Origin: an uncultured Chromatiales bacterium
GTDB taxonomy: Bacteria; Pseudomonadota; Gammaproteobacteria; DATFLL01
DNA: 64,000 nucleotides
Direction: 5' to 3'
Assembly: GCA_964561765.1 (NCBI GenBank)
Contig: CAZLQI010000004.1
Coordinates: 54,665 to 118,664 of the forward strand
The stretch's first letter is position 1, and every line of letters starts with the position of its first letter. The notes under the pieces were generated by a model. It did no database searches, had not been told where the DNA came from, and saw only the letters and a program-made list of their open reading frames with translations. This document shows positions 58,304-64,000 of this stretch, in pieces. A program made the translations under genes and the position numbers.

Positions 58304-60945
58304 ACCTGCCTGTATCACTGCTCGATACCGCCTTGGCCGATGCGCAGGCCAGCGTACCCCTGTTCCGCCAGGCCCTGCGCGATGGTGCTGAGGCACTCAA
58401 GGCACGCTTCCTCGCCGGCGAGACTGTGGCCTCTCTGGTCGGCGCACGGGCCAGTCTCGTCGACACAGTCCTGCGCCACACCTGGCAGCGTTTTTTCGAT
58501 GGCAACGAGGCCCTTGCACTGGTGGCGGTCGGTGGCTATGGCCGTGGCGAGCTGCACCCAGGGTCAGATATTGATGTCCAAATCCTGCTATGTGATGACT
58601 GCAATCTTGGCGCCCAGCAGGAAAATATTGAAACCTTCCTGAGGTTTTTATGGGATATCGGTCTGGAAATCGGCCACAGCGTGCGCACGGTGACCGAGTG
58701 TATTCACGAGGCAGAAAAAGACATCACCGTGGCAACCAACCTGCAGGAGGCCCGTCTTCTCGCCGGCCCAACGCGTCTGTTTGAACAACAGCGCACGGCC
58801 TGCTCGTCGGAGCGTATCTGGCCAAGCCGCGCCTTTTTCAGCGCCAAACTCAAGGAACAATTCAAACGTCACCGCAAGTACAACGACACCGCCTATAACC
58901 TGGAACCCAATATAAAAGAAAGTCCGGGTGGACTACGTGATATCCAGATGATCGGCTGGGTGGCTAAACGTCATTTCCACGCCACGACCCTGCACGACCT
59001 GGTTGCTCACGGCTTCCTCACCGAGCCGGAATATGCCTCACTCATGGAGGGTCAGGACTTACTGTGGAAGATCCGTTTCGGCCTGCACACCCTCGCCGGC
59101 CGACGCGAGGATCGCCTGCTGTTTGACCACCAGCGCAGTCTGGCAAAACTGTTCGGCTATCAGAGCGATGACACCCACCTGGCGGTAGAGCACTTCATGA
59201 AGCAGTACTACCGCACCGTCATGGAACTCAATCGCCTCAACGAAATGTTGTTGCAGCTATTCCAGGAAAACCTCCTCTACGCCGAAGAGCCCGCTGATCC
59301 GGTACAGCTCAATAAACGATTTCAGACACGCAGAGGATTCCTCGAAGTCACCCACGAAGGTATTTTCAAACGCTACCCCTTTGCCTTGCTGGAGGTATTT
59401 TTACTGCTCACTCAACACCCCGAAATCATGGGTGTGCGCGCCAACACCGTGCGCCTGATGCGTGAACACCGCTACCTCATCAATGACCATTTTCGCAGTG
59501 ATCTGCGCGCTCGCACCCTATTCATGGAGATACTGCGCCAGCCACACGGGGTCACCCATGAACTGCGCCGCATGAACCGCTATGGCATTCTCGCCGCCTA
59601 TTTGCCCGTATTCGCCAACATCGTCGGACAGATGCAACATGATCTGTTCCACATCTATACCGTCGATGAGCACACGCTGTTTGCCATCCGCAACCTGCGC
59701 CGGTTCACCGTGCCTGAGTTTCATGACGAGTTCCCCCTGTGCAGCGCGCTCATCTCCCGGGTACCCAAGGAAGAACTACTCATTATCGCCGCCCTATTTC
59801 ACGACGTCGCCAAGGGACGCGGCGGGGATCACTCGACACTGGGCGCTCACGACGCCGAGCAGTTTTGCCGGCTGCACGGGCTGAGTCATTATGACACCCG
59901 CATCGTAGCCTGGCTGATCGAACACCATCTGGTCATGTCCACGACGGCACAGCGCAAGGACATCAGCGACCCGGAACTCATCCACGCCTTTGCCGAACAG
60001 GTCGGTGACAAGGACCATCTCGACTACCTCTATCTGCTCACTGTCGCCGACATTCGCGCCACCAGCCCCACTGTATGGAATAGCTGGAAAGATGCCCTGC
60101 TCAAGGATTTGTACCACGCCACTGCCCGTGCCCTGCGTCGGGGACTGGAAAATCCACTGGTACAATCCGAACGCGTCGCTGAAGTGCAACTACAGGCCCA
60201 TACCCGACTCCTCATGGCGGGGGTAAACCCCGAAGCGCTGACCTTGCTGTGGGATGAACTGGGTCATGAATATTTCCTGCGCTACTCGGTCGATGAAGTC
60301 ATTTGGCACACCCGCTCCATCATCGACTATGCCACCAAGGCACTGCCCCTGGTACTCCTGCGCCAGGAGACACATCGCGGCGGTACGGAAATCTTCGTCT
60401 ATATGCAGGGCCATGCCGGCGTCTTCGCCCAGATCACGGCCATTCTTGCCCAACTTGGGCTCAATGTCACCGAGGCGCGCATCATCAGCTCCACCGACGG
60501 CTTTACCCTGGACAGTTTCATCGTGCTGGAGGAAGACGGGGTCCCCATCAGCGACGCCTACCGAGGCCAGGAACTGCTCGATACCCTGCGTCGGGAACTG
60601 GCACGCCCGCAGTGCATACCGACGGTCATTTCGCGGCGTCTACCGCGCCAGATTCATCACTTCAAATTTCCGACCGCTGTGTATTTCAGCGAAGATAACC
60701 GTAATCAGCGTACGATCATGGAAGTCGTGGCCTATGACCGACCCGGCCTGCTCTGCCTCATCGGTGCAACCCTGGTGGCCTGTGGGATCGGGCTGCATAA
60801 CGCCAAGATATCCACCTTCGGTGAACGTGCCGAGGATATTTTTTTCATTACCAATGAACAAGGTGCCCCGATACAGAGTCCGCAGCGCCTCGACACCCTG
60901 CGCCGTGCCGTGATTGAACAACTCGACGATGAGACGGCACACTGA
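58300..60945 (+). CDS. glnD: Bifunctional uridylyltransferase/uridylyl-removing enzyme GlnD
   Basis: Nucleotidyltransferase, HD and two C-terminal ACT domains. The ATG overlaps the map stop (ATGA). Confidence 0.9.
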   Translation: MNLPVSLLDTALADAQASVPLFRQALRDGAEALKARFLAGETVASLVGARASLVDTVLRHTWQRFFDGNEALALVAVGGYGRGELHPGSDIDVQILLCDDCNLGAQQENIETFLRFLWDIGLEIGHSVRTVTECIHEAEKDITVATNLQEARLLAGPTRLFEQQRTACSSERIWPSRAFFSAKLKEQFKRHRKYNDTAYNLEPNIKESPGGLRDIQMIGWVAKRHFHATTLHDLVAHGFLTEPEYASLMEGQDLLWKIRFGLHTLAGRREDRLLFDHQRSLAKLFGYQSDDTHLAVEHFMKQYYRTVMELNRLNEMLLQLFQENLLYAEEPADPVQLNKRFQTRRGFLEVTHEGIFKRYPFALLEVFLLLTQHPEIMGVRANTVRLMREHRYLINDHFRSDLRARTLFMEILRQPHGVTHELRRMNRYGILAAYLPVFANIVGQMQHDLFHIYTVDEHTLFAIRNLRRFTVPEFHDEFPLCSALISRVPKEELLIIAALFHDVAKGRGGDHSTLGAHDAEQFCRLHGLSHYDTRIVAWLIEHHLVMSTTAQRKDISDPELIHAFAEQVGDKDHLDYLYLLTVADIRATSPTVWNSWKDALLKDLYHATARALRRGLENPLVQSERVAEVQLQAHTRLLMAGVNPEALTLLWDELGHEYFLRYSVDEVIWHTRSIIDYATKALPLVLLRQETHRGGTEIFVYMQGHAGVFAQITAILAQLGLNVTEARIISSTDGFTLDSFIVLEEDGVPISDAYRGQELLDTLRRELARPQCIPTVISRRLPRQIHHFKFPTAVYFSEDNRNQRTIMEVVAYDRPGLLCLIGATLVACGIGLHNAKISTFGERAEDIFFITNEQGAPIQSPQRLDTLRRAVIEQLDDETAH

Positions 60946-61053
60946 TAGACCGCAGGGGAGGCCTCCGGGAAGGTCAGACTCACCATACTGTGTCAGCCCT
61001 TTCTCAATGCACCCATCGTACGACACCGGACAACCTGTGTCTGCACACGCCAC

Positions 61054-62004
61054 TCATCCCTGCGCCTGTTCCCGACTGGACAGCACAGCGGCGAGCAGGA
61101 TCAGTCCCCCCCCAATCCAGTCACGCCTCTGGACAACCTCAGCGGTTAACCAGAGCGAGGATGCACTGCCAACGACGATTTCAAATAATAGGATTACCGC
61201 AGATCGGTGTACTGGCATGTGTGTCACACCGTAGAGCACAGCAAAGGACATCACGACGATGCCAAGAGCACCAAGCAACAGGGCGCCGAGCCAGACCAGC
61301 ACTGGTGCCGCATCCGCCCCCGCTCCCAGAATCGCTCCCTGAATCAATCCAGGCGCCACGGTCGTCGCCAGGATCAGTACACCGGCCACGACGATCACCC
61401 CCACCCAGGACGTGACGGTCTTGACTTGGACCGAGACATTGCCAAGGTAGCGGGTCGCAACATTGGCCAACGCAAAGGCCATACCCGAAGACAGGGCCAA
61501 CCAGTCACCCCGCGCCAGTGGCCAGGGCAGGCCCACTGCCGGCGACCAGAGCATAATCACCGCCCCGATCAGCGCCAATAGCAAGGCCAGTAGCGCGAGG
61601 GGTCGAGGCCGCTCTCCCAGTACCACGATGGCCAGCAGGGTCGCCCACACCGGCGAGAGGTAAAACAACAACAGTACCCGCACCACCGTGCCATCAAGGA
61701 TGGCCAGGATGAAGGCCGTATTACACCAGCCACTGGCCAGGGCAAGGACCAACAATGCCACCGGGTAGCGGGCCGGTTCAGACCAACGCCCCCGCATCAG
61801 GGGCAGTGCCGCGACCAGCGTGCCGCAATAGATGGTAAAGGTCTGCCACAACCCACCCAGGCCACCGGTCTCCAGCAGACGCAATGGATACCACATCAGT
61901 CCCCACAGGCCTGCGGCCAGCAGCAACCCTGCGACCGGTCGATAGCGGGGCGGTTTGGAAGGCCCACGGCCTTGCTCTATACTGGACACCCGATGTGACA
62001 TCAA
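61054..62004 (-). CDS. DMT-superfamily (EamA) transporter
   Basis: About 10 TM helices in two EamA-like repeats. Confidence 0.65.
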   Translation of the reverse strand: MMSHRVSSIEQGRGPSKPPRYRPVAGLLLAAGLWGLMWYPLRLLETGGLGGLWQTFTIYCGTLVAALPLMRGRWSEPARYPVALLVLALASGWCNTAFILAILDGTVVRVLLLFYLSPVWATLLAIVVLGERPRPLALLALLLALIGAVIMLWSPAVGLPWPLARGDWLALSSGMAFALANVATRYLGNVSVQVKTVTSWVGVIVVAGVLILATTVAPGLIQGAILGAGADAAPVLVWLGALLLGALGIVVMSFAVLYGVTHMPVHRSAVILLFEIVVGSASSLWLTAEVVQRRDWIGGGLILLAAVLSSREQAQG

Positions 62005-62102
62005 TGCATCATACGCGAATCGCGTGTCCTGCCTTAACCGAGCGCTGAAAATGTCTCCGGCCCAAACCGGTTAAACCCACACAGGGACCTCGCGCACCCA
62101 TG

Positions 62103-63320
62103 ATGAATCTCGATCTGGATCGGCTACAACCCTACCCGTTTGAGAAACTCACCGCACTCAAGGCGCGCGTGACACCACCCACGGACCGCCACCCCATCGC
62201 CCTGTCCATCGGCGAACCCCGGCATGCGCCGCCCGGCCTGGTCATCGAGGCACTCGTGGCCCACCTGCACGGCCTGTCCCACTACCCCAGCACCCACGGC
62301 TCACCCGAGTTGCGCACCGCGATCTGTGACTGGCTTGTGAACCGCTTCGGTGTTCCACCCGGCAGCCTGGACCCAGAATGCAACGTATTGCCGGTCAATG
62401 GCACCCGCGAGGCCCTGTTCGCCTTCGCTCAGGCCGTGATCGAGCGCACGGACAGTGCCTGTGGACACACGGTCCGACCGCTGGTGATGATGCCCAACCC
62501 CTTCTACCAGATCTACGAAGGTGCGGCCCTGCTCGCAGGCGCTGAAGCAGGCTTCATCAACGCCTTGGAGGATACCGGTTTTCTGCCCGACTTCGAGCGT
62601 ATCCCCGAGACCGACTGGGCGCGCTGTCAACTGCTCTACCTGTGCTCGCCCGGTAATCCTACCGGTGCGGTCATGGGCTTGGCGGACCTACAGCGTCTTA
62701 TTCGTCTGGCCGAGGAACACGACTTTATCATCGCCGCCGATGAGTGTTATTCGGAGATCTATTTCGACGAAGCCCATCCCCCCGTCGGTCTGCTGGAGGC
62801 CGCAGCACGCATGGGGCATACGGACTATCGGCGCTGCGTGGTGTTTCACAGTCTGTCCAAGCGCTCCAATCTACCGGGGATGCGCTCCGGGTTCGTTGCC
62901 GGTGATGCCAACATCCTGGCACGCTTCTTTAAATACCGGACCTACCACGGCAGCGCCATGCCGGCTTATCATCAAAACGCGAGTATCCAGGCCTGGCGCG
63001 ACGAGACCCATGTGCAGGCCAACCGCGCGTTGTATCGCGAAAAGTTCACGGCAGTCCTCGACATCCTACGCCCGGTCCTCGACGTCCAGGCCCCGGACGC
63101 GGCCTTCTACCTGTGGCCCAGAACTCCCATCGATGACGAGACTTTCGCCCGAGACCTCTTCGCCACGCAACATGTCAGCGTCCTGCCCGGTCGTTATCTC
63201 TCACGCACCGTAGACGGCGTGAATCCGGGCGATAACCGTGTGCGTCTGGCTCTGGTCGCACCAAGAGATGAATGCATCGAGGCCGCTCAGCGTATTTGCC
63301 GCTACATAGAATCACTTTAA
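62103..63320 (+). CDS. dapC: Succinyldiaminopimelate aminotransferase (DapC-type, class I PLP aminotransferase)
   Basis: Aminotransferase fold type I. glnD-dapC-dapD synteny, as in Pseudomonas and Bordetella. Confidence 0.75.
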   Translation: MNLDLDRLQPYPFEKLTALKARVTPPTDRHPIALSIGEPRHAPPGLVIEALVAHLHGLSHYPSTHGSPELRTAICDWLVNRFGVPPGSLDPECNVLPVNGTREALFAFAQAVIERTDSACGHTVRPLVMMPNPFYQIYEGAALLAGAEAGFINALEDTGFLPDFERIPETDWARCQLLYLCSPGNPTGAVMGLADLQRLIRLAEEHDFIIAADECYSEIYFDEAHPPVGLLEAAARMGHTDYRRCVVFHSLSKRSNLPGMRSGFVAGDANILARFFKYRTYHGSAMPAYHQNASIQAWRDETHVQANRALYREKFTAVLDILRPVLDVQAPDAAFYLWPRTPIDDETFARDLFATQHVSVLPGRYLSRTVDGVNPGDNRVRLALVAPRDECIEAAQRICRYIESL

Positions 63321-63514
63321 CCCCGTGCTCCGAGAAGATGCACGCCCTGGAACACCCGCCTCAGGGAGGAGATAACGACCCCATGGGCGCGGAAGGTACA
63401 ACGCCAGGAACGGCGACATGTCCGGCCACACGAACCGGTCTGGATACGGTAGAATACCCCCTTCGTGCCGCCCGCATTCCTGCGCGCAGCCCGTTTTTTG
63501 GAGAACGACAGACC

Positions 63515-64000
63515 ATGAACGACATCCGGCACATCATTGACCAGGCCTTCGAGAACCGCGCCGAGATCACCCCGCGTAATGTCGACACCCTGGTGGCCGA
63601 GGCGATCACCGAGGCCATTCGCAGACTCGACACGGGCGAGGCCCGGGTAGCGGAAAAACGCGATGGTCAGTGGGTGGTCAACGAATGGCTGAAGAAGGCC
63701 GTGCTACTGTCCTTTCGCATTGAGGACAATGTCTTCATGAAGGGTGGGTTTACCAACTATTTTGACAAGGTGACCCCAAAATACGCCGACTACAACTCAC
63801 GTGACTTCCGCGCCAGTGGCGTGCGTGTTGTGCCCCCGTCCACCGTGCGCAAAGGCGCCTATCTCGCCTCGGGCGTCGTGTTGATGCCCTCGTATGTGAA
63901 CATCGGCGCCTATGTCGACAGTGGTACCATGGTCGACAGCTGGGCCACGGTCGGTTCCTGCGCCCAGATCGGCAAGAATGTGCACCTCTCCGGTGGCGTC
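63515..64000 (+). CDS. dapD: Tetrahydrodipicolinate N-succinyltransferase, N-terminal part; runs off the window end
   Basis: ATG at 63515. [24 protein letters not shown]... matches the DapD N-terminus. Confidence 0.85.
   Translation, partial: MNDIRHIIDQAFENRAEITPRNVDTLVAEAITEAIRRLDTGEARVAEKRDGQWVVNEWLKKAVLLSFRIEDNVFMKGGFTNYFDKVTPKYADYNSRDFRASGVRVVPPSTVRKGAYLASGVVLMPSYVNIGAYVDSGTMVDSWATVGSCAQIGKNVHLSGGV

Noticed and set aside
63321-63514. Possible intrinsic terminator after dapC (CTGCGCGCAG followed by TTTTTT)
   Set aside because: The self-complementary 10-mer can form only a very short stem, so it is too weak to call.

Overview
This is a high-GC gammaproteobacterial core-chromosome window. 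It is almost entirely minus-strand housekeeping operons, in an order close to the canonical Pseudomonas/E. coli-type arrangement. The blocks are: pdxJ'-recO-era-rnc-lepB-lepA; rpoE-rseABC with divergent nadB; sdhCDAB-sdhE-ygfX with divergent ygfZ; lysS-prfB, then two small genes, then recJ; a hypothetical gene then hom and an aminotransferase; rpoS-nlpD-yqaA-pcm-surE; ispDF-ftsB; pyrG-tilS-accA-dnaE-rnhB; fabZ-lpxD-skp-bamA-rseP-dxr-cdsA-uppS-frr-pyrH-tsf-rpsB; and divergent map-glnD-dapC-dapD'. I found no rRNA, tRNA, CRISPR array, IS element or integrase. The most notable content is not an inserted system but local gene decay or loss at positions that are normally strongly conserved. kdsA survives only as a frameshifted, stop-containing middle fragment, and eno is entirely missing between pyrG and ftsB. 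lpxA survives as a 50-codon N-terminal stub, and lpxB is missing between fabZ and rnhB. truD is an internally deleted remnant flanked by cheV and an smr gene. rseB carries an in-frame amber codon just after its signal peptide. Other points: prfB has the classic programmed +1 frameshift site, identical to the E. coli motif. A lower-GC two-gene cassette of unknown function with an AT-rich upstream region sits between recJ and prfB. A perfect 14-bp inverted repeat lies 40 nt upstream of map. Homopolymeric G/C tracts occur upstream of sdhE and inside nlpD. Where the ORF track's first Met is clearly upstream of the conserved N-terminus, start coordinates are my estimates.
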